64,000 nt of DNA from a virus. Taxonomy: Duplodnaviria > Caudoviricetes. The stretch's first letter is position 1. Each line of letters opens with the position of its first letter. Below, one piece after another: positions 1 to 9,813 of this stretch. The position numbers and the translations under genes were made by a program. The stretch is from the IMG/VR virus record IMGVR_UViG_3300005686_000008; one strand, 5' to 3'. Under the pieces are notes generated by a model, which worked only from the letters and a program-made list of their open reading frames with translations, was not told the DNA's origin and did not search any database.

Positions 1-116
1 GGTTGTTGTTATTGAATCTGATGAACCAATAGTTATTGGTAATATACGGACGCTCCCTAATGCCTCCGCTGAACAATGGTACATTGTGAATGTTTGCTCT
101 CAACCGGAAGGAAATA

Positions 117-353
117 ATGAAGACTTACCATTCTAAAACACAGTTTCTAGCTAAATGCGCAGCCGTCGCTGTCCCCCTTGTGTCAGCCGTAACCCTCTTT
201 ATCTACTTGTCGATTAAAGGAAAGCCAGAACTCGGCGAAGAAACTGCAAGAGAAATAGCACTTCTTTACTTGTCGTTTTGCACTCTTATCTTCTGTATCA
301 TCACCCCAGTAGCGGCTAAAATAATCGTCCGCACCCCCGCCTGTAAGGAATAA
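117..353 (+). CDS. hypothetical membrane protein (2 TM)
   Basis: ORF with two hydrophobic stretches, in a tightly packed + strand run. Confidence 0.6.
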   Translation: MKTYHSKTQFLAKCAAVAVPLVSAVTLFIYLSIKGKPELGEETAREIALLYLSFCTLIFCIITPVAAKIIVRTPACKE

Positions 354-529
354 TGCTTGAAGAACTATATCGCAGTCAAAAACGAACTCTTCCGTAATGA
401 CTCCGAAAGAACTTGGGTCGCTACCTTCCAATCCGAAAATGACTGCCAGGCAGTCTGTAAAAGCCTCAACCAGAAAAACCCGCGCAAAGAAACTAGACAA
501 CTCCAAGAAGTTCAATCAGAAAAGTAAAT

Positions 530-712
530 ATGCGATTCCTTGTTAACTTCATATTGGTCTCTTTTGACTTCTTCATCATTGTAATCGAAATCGCTGTATG
601 CTTCTTCCAGCTTATGCTGGAAATCTCCCTCTTTTGTTTTGAAATCATTTCTGATATATTCTTCTCATTTATCGCCTTCACTGCCTATAGTATTAGACAA
701 CTCTTTAGGTAA
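530..712 (+). CDS. small hydrophobic protein
   Basis: 60 aa ORF, very hydrophobic. Confidence 0.5.
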   Translation: MRFLVNFILVSFDFFIIVIEIAVCFFQLMLEISLFCFEIISDIFFSFIAFTAYSIRQLFR

Positions 713-717
713 GAAAT

Positions 718-942
718 ATGACGCTCCATAAAATCATCCACATCCTGAGATTCGTTATGTACTTCGTTACATTGGTCTACTTCTCATACCAAACATACGA
801 ATCTGCTCAAAGAAAAGAAATTGGCCTTATGTTTTGCTCGGTTTTCCTTGCATCGCTATCGCTCCTCCTGATTATAGGATATCTTACTCCAAGATGTAGA
901 ATCTGCGAAAGACAAGACCCTCCCATCGGTCCCCCAACCTGA
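718..942 (+). CDS. hypothetical membrane protein
   Basis: 2 TM segments, C-terminal CxxC. Confidence 0.6.
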   Translation: MTLHKIIHILRFVMYFVTLVYFSYQTYESAQRKEIGLMFCSVFLASLSLLLIIGYLTPRCRICERQDPPIGPPT

Positions 943-953
943 AGGATAAGATA

Positions 954-1256
954 ATGTTCGCTAGATTCCTCGATGAAGAAGAAGCCCTTGAACAAGCCAG
1001 AATAATCGGAGAAAAATGGGGATACGGAAACTGTATCCAATACCTCCAATATGCCTGGGCTGACTCCCTTATCGAAAAATACCCCTCCGTCTCCCGCTCC
1101 ACAGCAGCTATAAGCGCAGGGATAACTGACCCTGAAGAAATTGAAGCCTATGCCAAAGGATTCAATGTCCTCAAAAACCCGTCAACCAAAGGCCTCCAAA
1201 ATGCCGCGCAAGAAAATAACGCTCAAACAAGTACAGTTAAACCTCAAAACGCTTAG
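954..1256 (+). CDS. hypothetical protein
   Basis: ORF with AGGA upstream, packed in operon. Confidence 0.65.
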   Translation: MFARFLDEEEALEQARIIGEKWGYGNCIQYLQYAWADSLIEKYPSVSRSTAAISAGITDPEEIEAYAKGFNVLKNPSTKGLQNAAQENNAQTSTVKPQNA

Positions 1257-1680
1257 AAGAAGATCTGACTCGGCAGAAGATGAATTCAAGAAAGAATTCC
1301 AAAGAATTAATGACTGGGTACAAATAGTTGGAACAGATGCCCTTGGAATAGATAATGACCTCTCTAACCTTATGAAAATGTACTACGCGGCAAATGTTCA
1401 TAGAAACTTGGCAGACTTCGTTGAAAAAACGCAATATAGTGGAGTTCAAGATATGCACCCCTTCGCTTTTCCTGATAATGATACCGGCGCTCTTGGAATG
1501 AAATCGGGACAAACCTTGATAGATAATGAGGGTAATATCTGTACCGCTGATGAGTTCCTTACAGATGGAGAAGTCTTTGTCTCCTATCCAGATGGTTCCT
1601 ATTCTACTCTCAAATGGACGCAAGTAAGACCGCCAACACCAGAAGAAATGGATAAGTTCAATGGACAAAACAAAAAATAA
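1201..1680 (+). CDS. hypothetical protein
   Basis: ORF track 1141..1680; ATG at 1201 (MPRKK) is the likelier start. Confidence 0.6.
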   Translation: MPRKKITLKQVQLNLKTLRRRSDSAEDEFKKEFQRINDWVQIVGTDALGIDNDLSNLMKMYYAANVHRNLADFVEKTQYSGVQDMHPFAFPDNDTGALGMKSGQTLIDNEGNICTADEFLTDGEVFVSYPDGSYSTLKWTQVRPPTPEEMDKFNGQNKK

Positions 1681-1885
1681 GGTCATATGGGCAAATAAAT
1701 ACGTCGATTATGATAAACTCTCTCCCTTAGAGAAAAAGGCTTTCGAAATCTGTAGTAAAATAACCTATGACCACGCCGGTATCCCTCCCTACATCGACGT
1801 AGTACAAGGCACCGAAGTCTGGGCGCAAGATGGAAATGACCTTAAAAAACAAGTCATTGAGATCCTGAAGGGAAAAGCAAAATGA
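1661..1885 (+). CDS. hypothetical protein
   Basis: ORF overlapping both neighbours. Confidence 0.6.
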   Translation: MDKTKNKVIWANKYVDYDKLSPLEKKAFEICSKITYDHAGIPPYIDVVQGTEVWAQDGNDLKKQVIEILKGKAK

Positions 1886-2166
1886 AGTTCTTTGAATTCT
1901 CAAATACGTCCGGCGAAATCTTCCGAGCTAAGTTCACTACAAAACAAGAAAAACTCAAAGCTTATAAACGGATGTGGAACTATTATAATAATGATAATAG
2001 ACTCCATCCTATCTTGGAGTTCCTTGACCTGGCAGAAGAACAAGAACTAAAACTCTATACTAAGGCTGAACAAGGTAATGTCTGGGCTATCCAGAGATGC
2101 TTGAGAATCATGTGGAGTAGAACTGACCTGTCTTCCTTCTATGGCAAAATTGTAACTATCAGATAG
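1882..2166 (+). CDS. hypothetical protein
   Basis: ATGA overlap with upstream stop. Confidence 0.65.
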   Translation: MKFFEFSNTSGEIFRAKFTTKQEKLKAYKRMWNYYNNDNRLHPILEFLDLAEEQELKLYTKAEQGNVWAIQRCLRIMWSRTDLSSFYGKIVTIR

Positions 2167-2178
2167 GATTGTAAGGCA

Positions 2179-2373
2179 ATGAAAATCACACCACAACAAA
2201 TGCAAGAACTTGACCAGGCAACAGCACGCTATGTTGACCTCATAACTCCTTCCCTCAAAAGACTTTATGATAACCTCATAGAGTCAGGAATACCCAAGGA
2301 AGTTGCAGCCCAAGCATTAGCAAGAGCAGCATCTGACCTGTTCATATCGTTCCTTGGTATTAAGAGAGAATAA
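2179..2373 (+). CDS. hypothetical protein
   Basis: packed ORF. Confidence 0.6.
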   Translation: MKITPQQMQELDQATARYVDLITPSLKRLYDNLIESGIPKEVAAQALARAASDLFISFLGIKRE

Positions 2374-2379
2374 CAAAGT

Positions 2380-2598
2380 ATGGATACCGTCCTAACAATT
2401 CTCAAGTTCATTGCTATTGGCGTTGGAGTCATCATCGCTATCCCTGTAGCCGTTGTTCTTCTTGGAATGGCTGTCGCAATACTCGGCGCTATCGTTGAAG
2501 CAGGCGTCTTCCTCTTCCTCTTCCTTGTTGCCGCTGCCGCTAGCTTCTTTAATGCTTTCTTCGAAACGTTCTTTACCCCAAAGAACCCCAAAACCTAA
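2380..2598 (+). CDS. hypothetical membrane protein
   Basis: long hydrophobic helices. Confidence 0.65.
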   Translation: MDTVLTILKFIAIGVGVIIAIPVAVVLLGMAVAILGAIVEAGVFLFLFLVAAAASFFNAFFETFFTPKNPKT

Positions 2599-2613
2599 GA
2601 AAGTTTCGCGCAT

Positions 2614-2901
2614 ATGAAAAAAGCTTTCACCCTCATCGAAATTCTTGTTGTCGTTATTATCTTTGCCATCATTGTTCTAATCATAACCGCTGTTACTCCC
2701 TCGTCAAAAAGAAATACACCAAAACAACCAACAGTACCCGCAAACTTCACTGTACTCTCCAGAGAAGCTACAGGAGCAACCTGCTGCGAACCCTTCATCA
2801 TTATTGTCAAAGATTTACAGACAGAGCAGGAATATATCATCATTGAGGACGGTAGCGGAGTCTCTATAACCCCAAGATTGCCAAAGAAAGAAGAACGATA
2901 A
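2614..2901 (+). CDS. prepilin-type N-terminal cleavage/methylation domain protein
   Basis: MKKAFTLIEILVVVIIFAII class III signal peptide. Confidence 0.8.
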   Translation: MKKAFTLIEILVVVIIFAIIVLIITAVTPSSKRNTPKQPTVPANFTVLSREATGATCCEPFIIIVKDLQTEQEYIIIEDGSGVSITPRLPKKEER

Positions 2902-3395
2902 TGTCAAAGCTTAGAAGAGGCTTCGTCGAGCCTCCTGAAATCCTCGTTATCCTCGCTATCATCTGCCTACTCATTGGTATCCTCATACCAGCAATAGGTA
3001 AAGCCAGAGAAGCTGTTCGAAGGAATGCCGCCGCACAACCCCAAAGCATCTCCCAAGAAGAAAAAGATAGACTGCAAAAAGATGGCGAACTATCTGCCAG
3101 AGAACGAGCTGAAATCGCTAGAAAACAAAATGAGGCAGACTCTAGAGAAAATGAACAATCCCTCCTTAACCGAATCCGACAAGAAGAACAAACTGAACTC
3201 CAAATCCAACAAGAATACGCTAGCCAACTCCAACCCCTTTCCTTTATAGTCTCTAACTGGCAACTCAATAGAAAAGAAAATCTTAAAGTATTCGTTCTCT
3301 ATGATATCCAAAATAAACAGGAATATATCATTGTCCAAAATGTTTATAACCCCGAAGTTATGACCATTACCCCGAGAATCAAAAATGACCACTGA
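2901..3395 (+). CDS. prepilin-like N-terminal protein, paralogous C-terminus to 2614..2901
   Basis: RRGF...EILVILAIICLLIGILIPAIGKAREA; both proteins end in QEYII...ITPR. Confidence 0.75.
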   Translation: MSKLRRGFVEPPEILVILAIICLLIGILIPAIGKAREAVRRNAAAQPQSISQEEKDRLQKDGELSARERAEIARKQNEADSRENEQSLLNRIRQEEQTELQIQQEYASQLQPLSFIVSNWQLNRKENLKVFVLYDIQNKQEYIIVQNVYNPEVMTITPRIKNDH

Positions 3396-3618
3396 TTATG
3401 CAACACTTAAAAAGTCCGTATCAGAACTCCAAACTATCATAGAAGAACATGAACGCTATAAACGAGCGCTCCTCATTATCTCTAGCCCAGTTCCAGCAGC
3501 CCTCTCTCCCCATGATATAGCGCTACATGCCCTCAAGGATTGGCCCTTCCCTGACCCGCCAAAACCCCAACCCAAACCTTGCCGTATCTGCGGAGACCCT
3601 GACTGTAAGAAAGATTAA
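3385..3618 (+). CDS. hypothetical protein
   Basis: packed ORF, C-terminal CxxCxxxxC. Confidence 0.6.
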   Translation: MTTDYATLKKSVSELQTIIEEHERYKRALLIISSPVPAALSPHDIALHALKDWPFPDPPKPQPKPCRICGDPDCKKD

Positions 3619-3621
3619 CAT

Positions 3622-3823
3622 AATGAGAATGAATAATAAAAAAAGATGCACAACCTATACCTGGCAATGCCCTATCTGCCGTAAAACCTATTCGGAACTT
3701 GTATCCTATTGCCAGCCCTGCCATAAAGCCGAAATAGATGATCCATCCCTCCGATATGCCGCTAACCCAAACGCCCGAAATATACCATCCAAACCTAAGA
3801 CTAAACTTCCCAAAAGACCCTGA
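3622..3823 (+). CDS. small zinc-ribbon protein
   Basis: CPIC...CQPC; start MRMNNK. Confidence 0.55.
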
Positions 3824-3829
3824 TACCCT

Positions 3830-4123
3830 ATGCAAACACCCGTTCTCTCCAAAGTAGTCGTTTCTCCCCAATCAATCCAGTTTTTCGCGCAAAAGAAACT
3901 CGTCGCCAGTATCACCCCTACCTCCATCAACGCCCCAGCTTCTAAACACAATAAGAACCTGATACCCTACCCAAGACAATCTACTAGCCTCCAACTGTCC
4001 TCTAATATCCTCTCATTCTCCTCAACCTCCTATGCTGCCACTGATTCCTTCAATATCGCTATTGTACCTAATGACCTTAAAGAACAAGTTTCTATAGCTA
4101 TCGCAAAGGAACCCTCCCCATGA
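3830..4123 (+). CDS. hypothetical protein
   Basis: ATG 31 nt after a GACTAAACTT motif (3799). Confidence 0.55.
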   Translation: MQTPVLSKVVVSPQSIQFFAQKKLVASITPTSINAPASKHNKNLIPYPRQSTSLQLSSNILSFSSTSYAATDSFNIAIVPNDLKEQVSIAIAKEPSP

Positions 4124-4297
4124 AACCAATCAAAGATTATCTCAAAGACCCGCCCACAATGTTCCTCGTTGTTATCTCTATCTTCTTCCTCTGTACAATC
4201 ATCAATCTTGCTATTAGTATCCTCCACCTCTTCATTAATCACTAATCCTTCAAAACCTTCGAAAACTTTATACTAGGAAATCTTACAGGAAAGTTTT

Positions 4298-4747
4298 ATG
4301 AATATCAAAATGTATATCAAAAACCTGTTCAAGAAACTCTTTATTTCGGAGAACCCGTTCTATCCGTTCAAGGCGGCAATCGCTATCTTCTGTATCATCC
4401 TTCTTGTTGATTATTGTATCATGGGAAGTCTCAATGTCGTTGTCTTCTTTATGTCTGCTATGACCCTCGCTACAATGTTCCCAATCTGCTTGTATAATGA
4501 ACGCCTGCTCCAAGAAAAACAACTCAGAGAAATACAAGCACAAAAAGAACATCTTGAACTCGAAAAATCTATCAAGTATTGTATGGAAATGAATAATGTC
4601 ATTCGAGAAGAGAATAGTATAAAATCTCCTGACACTGAATCGAAATGTTCCACTGCGCAAGCCCAGATTGCAAGTAGAGAAGAAAGCGGTAGGTTTCCTG
4701 CTCCTAAAGGAAGATGGCCCACTGTTTACCGAGATTCTGACCTCTAA
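4298..4747 (+). CDS. hypothetical membrane protein
   Basis: 2 TM segments followed by a coiled coil. Confidence 0.65.
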   Translation: MNIKMYIKNLFKKLFISENPFYPFKAAIAIFCIILLVDYCIMGSLNVVVFFMSAMTLATMFPICLYNERLLQEKQLREIQAQKEHLELEKSIKYCMEMNNVIREENSIKSPDTESKCSTAQAQIASREESGRFPAPKGRWPTVYRDSDL

Positions 4748-4892
4748 ATGAGGTTTTTGTTGGTAAAGTTTATACTACTTCTACACTTTGCTACACTTTG
4801 CACCACATAACGACACTTTTCGTATCTATACCCGCTTCTCTCTTCCAGTAACTTTTCCCGCTTTCATCAAAATATAACACAGGAAATAATAG

Positions 4893-5192
4893 ATGATTCC
4901 CCCAACTCTTTCTCCCCTCTTTGTTTATTCTTTCATCTATGTTGCAATGGGCGCTATTACAGCCTTTGGAGTTACCTCTCAAGATGAAGAATCTGCTCAG
5001 CCCGTTCCCTCTTGGACTTTCTTATTGAGCTTCTTCTTTTGGCCCGTCTTCATCTTTGTTTATTTCTTTCTAACTTTGCTTACAGCCGTCCATAAAGGGC
5101 TTGAGCTTGCTAATACGCTATGGATTCAAAAATCTTATGGTAAAACGTCTTTTTGGGCCATCCTCAAAGACCTTTCAAAGGACAAAAAATGA
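4893..5192 (+). CDS. hypothetical membrane protein
   Basis: hydrophobic helices, FFWP motif. Confidence 0.6.
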   Translation: MIPPTLSPLFVYSFIYVAMGAITAFGVTSQDEESAQPVPSWTFLLSFFFWPVFIFVYFFLTLLTAVHKGLELANTLWIQKSYGKTSFWAILKDLSKDKK

Positions 5193-5860
5193 GAATACGC
5201 AGGGTACAAGTAGAATGGTCCACTGGTAAGGCGAACCTTGATCTTCGCAATGAAGCGGGTTTACCATTATCTCTTGTGGGGATTGTTGGGCCTAACGGCT
5301 CGGGTAAGAGTTTATTACAATTGCTAGCACTGCGCTGTTTCAAGAACAGCATGAGTCCTAACACTGTTTTCCTCGATTGGGATGATGTCTCTGGTAGCGT
5401 AGAGATGGAATATGGCGGGGCCATAGCAACAGCGATTGTTCATAATGGCAAGATAGTGCAAAACTTAGTATTTCCAAATATGACGGTAGACAAGATGAGG
5501 ATGCAGGGAGGGGTACTTGGGTATACTCGTCATAGGTTCTCTTGGGAGTTAGCTCGTTGGGGAGAGAGCAACGAGATGGGGTTAGGGGAGAAGGGCATAA
5601 CATCTATCCTTCATGATTTGTACAAGGGCGATATTAGGAATAGCGTGATATGGGTTGATGACTTTGCTATTGGCTTGGATAAAGAGAACTCTTCCAGGTT
5701 CCTGCAAACTTTGATAAAGAAGTGTTTAGAGAAGAGCAATCAGTTGATATTTAGTACAACTGGGAATGCTGGGGTAGGGGAGTCTGGGGTATCAGTTGAG
5801 TGTACAAGGTTCTTAGCTGATAAGGTTGATCTTGTATCTACTGTCTTGAAGAAGTTATGA
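5189..5860 (+). CDS. ABC/AAA-type P-loop ATPase
   Basis: Walker A GPNGSGKS, Walker B-like IWVDD, LIFST. Confidence 0.75.
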   Translation: MRIRRVQVEWSTGKANLDLRNEAGLPLSLVGIVGPNGSGKSLLQLLALRCFKNSMSPNTVFLDWDDVSGSVEMEYGGAIATAIVHNGKIVQNLVFPNMTVDKMRMQGGVLGYTRHRFSWELARWGESNEMGLGEKGITSILHDLYKGDIRNSVIWVDDFAIGLDKENSSRFLQTLIKKCLEKSNQLIFSTTGNAGVGESGVSVECTRFLADKVDLVSTVLKKL

Positions 5861-5986
5861 CTAGCACTGATTCCACTAAATTGGTTTCTTCTACAAAGGA
5901 AGAAATGGAGGAGATGCTTCCACTGCGCTGTTGTTCCACTGCGCCTCTGGGACTAAACTTTCTTTTGCGCGAAAAAACTGATTCCA

Positions 5987-6721
5987 TCAAAACTTATAGT
6001 AACGGTCTTGATGTTCTTGGACATCTCGGAGGAACTGGTCCTTATCATCTCTGATTTTGAACTTAAGTCCGGCATTCAGTCGCAGTAGGTTTTCGGTCAA
6101 GCGAGAGACACGATTGGACCCATCTTGGAAGGGTTTGATACAGGCGATTCCGAGGGACGTAGTATAAATCTTACGTTCCAAGTTTTTCCAATCTGATTCT
6201 TCCATAAGTCTGGGGTTATCGAGTTGGTCTTTGATAGAGAGTACATAGGAGGAGTAATCTTGGAAGAGGCTGATGAGGAGAGGTTGGATTTGTTCTGGGG
6301 GAGGCATTTGGCGATGGCCCAGGGACTTTTCATGGATACGGTATTGACCGAGTTCATCTTTGGAGGGATAATCAATGGAGTTAATAAGTTCTTCTCCCTT
6401 TTTCCAAAAGTCATGAAGTAAGTTCTTATGAAGTTGTTTCAACCACGGGAACTGTGAATCGAAGTTCTTCATTGTTATAAGATTTGCTTTTGGGAACAGG
6501 TTTGGATTTTCAGCAAGTTGTATAACAAGGTGGATACATCTCATTTGACCTGATACGGCTGGATGCGCTCTACCCTGGAAGAGCAGGTTAGATTGGACTT
6601 CTTCTCGTTTCATGAAGATTCTTTCCATTTCATTAGAGTGGAGGATGAAGTCTATTTTTTCATCTTCTGTTACTTCCGGGAAGTAGCGTCTATCGAAGTC
6701 AGTGATTGGGATAAGTTCCAT
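5987..6721 (-). CDS. Fic/Doc family protein with non-canonical active-site motif
   Basis: HSNEME N-terminus, LHKNLL, GQYR, KPFQDGSNRVSR versus canonical HPFxDGNGRxxR. Confidence 0.8.
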   Translation of the reverse strand: MELIPITDFDRRYFPEVTEDEKIDFILHSNEMERIFMKREEVQSNLLFQGRAHPAVSGQMRCIHLVIQLAENPNLFPKANLITMKNFDSQFPWLKQLHKNLLHDFWKKGEELINSIDYPSKDELGQYRIHEKSLGHRQMPPPEQIQPLLISLFQDYSSYVLSIKDQLDNPRLMEESDWKNLERKIYTTSLGIACIKPFQDGSNRVSRLTENLLRLNAGLKFKIRDDKDQFLRDVQEHQDRYYKF

Positions 6722-6894
6722 ATTTGTTAATATCGGCCTTTCGTTGGGCGAAGTTTGGCAGGCACGATAGGGTAATCGTTATGAGTGTGGGGAAGGGGTT
6801 TGTTTGGCGTTGAAATTCTTTTGTGGAGCGCTTGCTGGTGGCTTTTCGGTTGCCTATAGTTCGTATGATGGGAGAGGTCGTTGGAGCTTTCGTT

Positions 6895-7566
6895 ATGGCA
6901 AAAAGTCGTCAACTGTACCTTGATGTTGCTTCGCATGCGGAGATTCCTCTAGCAAACAGAAAAGAGGTTGTTTCAGGAAGGGGCGGGGAGCTTAGGGTTC
7001 CTCGCCGTTATCATTTGAAGGCGGACAAGCTTATTGCTTTGCGCAATCAGATGAAGGAATCTGGTCATTTCATATCTCCTTACGGGGCGAATCGTCTCTA
7101 CACATTTATCATTGAGGCCTTATCCGAGTTAGGGACGAACAAGCCTCACGCATGCAATGTGGTATGGGAGAAGTTCAAGGAGGTAGCATCTCGTCCTGGG
7201 ACGACGAAGGCAGGGAAGACGGCGTGGGAGCGTTTTTCTGAGCGTCCCAGTCGCAGCGCGACGACCGGGCTTGACGATTTTTCTCGGTTTCTTCAGAACC
7301 TTGAGGTACTTCAGAGGCTTGGGGGAGATCATCCTTACGGGTTCAAGCTATCGCAGGTGGGCGCTTGTATTGACATCTTGATGGACATTGAGACGGGGAT
7401 GAAGGTACAGCTTCGGACTGGGATTACTGATGGCGAGCCTGTGAAGCCTGTTAACATGAGTCGTAAGAGGGTATATAAGAAGACGGTTGATTTCATTCCT
7501 GCTGGAACGTTGATTGATGCGGTCTTTTCTGATGACGAGGGGGCTTCAGAGGAGTCCGAGGACTAA
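6895..7566 (+). CDS. hypothetical protein
   Basis: long ORF, GGAG upstream; its TAA stop is part of a GACTAAACTT motif. Confidence 0.7.
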   Translation: MAKSRQLYLDVASHAEIPLANRKEVVSGRGGELRVPRRYHLKADKLIALRNQMKESGHFISPYGANRLYTFIIEALSELGTNKPHACNVVWEKFKEVASRPGTTKAGKTAWERFSERPSRSATTGLDDFSRFLQNLEVLQRLGGDHPYGFKLSQVGACIDILMDIETGMKVQLRTGITDGEPVKPVNMSRKRVYKKTVDFIPAGTLIDAVFSDDEGASEESED

Positions 7567-7700
7567 ACTTTTTTGGCGGAAAATTAGGCTATCCGTTCGC
7601 TCTCGCCATGAGCGGATTCTTTGGACCCCTAGGGAGTTTCTCTGGGGGTCTTTTCTAGACAGAGAGAGTTTTCAGGTAGCAACATATAGGAATCATTCGT

Positions 7701-8729
7701 ATGGGACGGAAGAGCGTAACGGTTCCAAAGGATCAGGGCGCTGGGTTATCGAACGAGCAGCGGATTGGGGTATTACTTCAGCACACATGCGACAATGATA
7801 GCGTCTTCTATGCATTATGTCGGATGAGGCCAAATCTTGCTGCGATTGAGGACAACGAGACGCGCCGGCGGTATGCAAGGAATCATGGCGTTGAGTGTCC
7901 TGCATTTGACGCAATATTCCATCAACGGTTACTAGAGCAGATCCGCAAAGTCAAGTGCAAATACATGGAGGAAGTCAGGAAGGATGAGGTTCTGAAGCCT
8001 TCCAAGAACGACGATGGCTCGGCTGTGAAGGTTGCAGATATTGAGATTGCTGACATTCCGAGGTTTAGTCTGGGCATTCCGGCTTTGGACCAGATTTTGG
8101 GGAAGGATGACAAGACCGGCATATATGGGATGCCGAAGGGGTCTTGTCTTATTTTCGGCGCGGAAAGAGGAACTGGCAAAACCAGGCTATCAGTAGAGGT
8201 AGCATCTCATGTAGGAAGTCCTTGGCGTCACATCGACGCCAATGGCAATAACGGCGTTTTGTATATTCAGAACGAGGAGAAGCTTTCCGTCTTCAGGGCA
8301 AGGGCTGCGAGGTCTTGGACGGATGAGCATAATATTTGGGTTTCTTCTTCTGACAATCTACTTCAGCATCAGTTTCTGATTGACAAGCACAAACCGAAGC
8401 TTGTGATTATTGATTCGATGCAGGATACGGTTCAGGCTCGTTATACTGGCGGCTTGATCAATATGTTAACTACCTATAAAGCGATAGCAGAGGATACTGG
8501 TATTTCTTTCTGGTTGATTTCTCACCTGACGGTAAAGGGGACCATCAAGGGAGGGAGTTATCCTGGGCACAAAGTGGACATCGAGTTGATTGCAGTTCGG
8601 AACAAGGAGGACAAGGGGTTATTTGATGTATCTTGTCCTGTGAAGAACAGGTACGGGGCTACGAACATTGTATCTACCTTTAGGCATACTGACTCTGGGG
8701 TTCGGTTTGTAGCGATGAGAGAGACCTGA
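7701..8729 (+). CDS. RadA/Sms-like RecA-fold ATPase
   Basis: GIPALDQILG, GAERGTGKT, LYIQNEE, IIDSMQ, KNRYG (RadA KNRFG motif). Confidence 0.8.
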   Translation: MGRKSVTVPKDQGAGLSNEQRIGVLLQHTCDNDSVFYALCRMRPNLAAIEDNETRRRYARNHGVECPAFDAIFHQRLLEQIRKVKCKYMEEVRKDEVLKPSKNDDGSAVKVADIEIADIPRFSLGIPALDQILGKDDKTGIYGMPKGSCLIFGAERGTGKTRLSVEVASHVGSPWRHIDANGNNGVLYIQNEEKLSVFRARAARSWTDEHNIWVSSSDNLLQHQFLIDKHKPKLVIIDSMQDTVQARYTGGLINMLTTYKAIAEDTGISFWLISHLTVKGTIKGGSYPGHKVDIELIAVRNKEDKGLFDVSCPVKNRYGATNIVSTFRHTDSGVRFVAMRET

Positions 8730-8757
8730 GTTTGGTTCTAGTTTGGGATTTTATATG

Positions 8758-8790
8758 AACAGCCTCCGAATAGGGGGCTGTTTTCTTTCT
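8758..8790 (+). terminator. intrinsic terminator
   Basis: AACAGCCTCC-GAATA-GGGGGCTGTT followed by T-rich tail. Confidence 0.7.
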
Positions 8791-9028
8791 AACTTTATGT
8801 TGCCGACTAAACTTTTGCGCGAAAAAATAAGGTTGTCGGATAGAATAGGATAAGAAGGGGTAGTCTAGCGGGCTAAACTTTCTTAGGAAAAAAGAAACTT
8901 ATCAGAAAGATGGACAGACGTAAAGATGCTGGCTAAACTTTCTGAGGCGAAAAGAAAGAATGTCAAAGTCGAGCGAAATGTAAGTAGCAATAACTTTGAC
9001 GGACGAATCCTTCTAAAGGAGAAAGCAA

Positions 9029-9682
9029 ATGGCGACTGAGCAGAACGGCGTAGCGGTAGCGGATGAGCAGGTGCAGTCGGTGGCGGCGGCTTTGGCGCAG
9101 TCCACGGAGTCGGCGGGGGCGGTTGCCCAGCCGGTGGTTGCGGAGGCGGTTGCCCCGGCGCAGACGGATGCGGGGCAGTTGGACGCGCTGCGGGCGCTGT
9201 TCGCATCGCTCGATGAGCAGCGGGACTCGTTGATGGAGCAGATTCGGGCGGCTGGCGGGACCACGGGGCGTCGGGGTCGTCCGAAGGGTTCCAAGAACCG
9301 CAAGCCCTCGAAGGCCAAGGCGAAGCCGAAGGCCAAGGCTGGCAAGCGGGGTCGTCCGGCTGGCTCGAAGAACAAGGCTCCTCGCGCCTCGAAGCGTGCG
9401 AGCAACGAGACTTCGCTGATTGTCTCGGTTGCTCAGGCTCTCAGCAATGCGAAAGAGCCGATGAACAACACGCAGATTTGCGAAGCGGTGGAGGCTGCGG
9501 GCTATCAGACGAAGGCCGGCTCCTTCAAGACGATGGTGGCGCAGTCGCTCGTCAAGCTCAACGGTCTGCGGGTTGGCAACAGCCACGTTGTGAACCGTCC
9601 CTCGCATGGTCACTACGTCGCTGGCAGCGGCATGGCGGCGTACCTCGCCGACCCCTCGAAGGCCGTTGTCATCGAGGAGTAA
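9029..9682 (+). CDS. nucleoid-like DNA-binding protein (AT-hooks plus winged-helix-like C-terminus)
   Basis: two GRPxGSKN AT-hook motifs, K/A-rich linker, strong SD AAAGGAG, terminator at 9706-9740. Confidence 0.75.
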   Translation: MATEQNGVAVADEQVQSVAAALAQSTESAGAVAQPVVAEAVAPAQTDAGQLDALRALFASLDEQRDSLMEQIRAAGGTTGRRGRPKGSKNRKPSKAKAKPKAKAGKRGRPAGSKNKAPRASKRASNETSLIVSVAQALSNAKEPMNNTQICEAVEAAGYQTKAGSFKTMVAQSLVKLNGLRVGNSHVVNRPSHGHYVAGSGMAAYLADPSKAVVIEE

Positions 9683-9813
9683 TCAGTTCGGGTCTCGGAA
9701 GGGCAAGCCCCCTCTCTTCATGGGAGGGGGTTTTATTTTTGCAGAAAATCCTAGGACTAAACTTTCCCAAAGGATATGGAAAGCATAAGATTCACGATAC
9801 GGAGATAAAACAG

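Noticed and set aside
9478-9813. N-terminal 112-aa extension of the GHKL ATPase in the ORF track
   Set aside because: It overlaps the upstream gene, its terminator and a promoter motif; the SD-led ATG at 9814 fits the domain start
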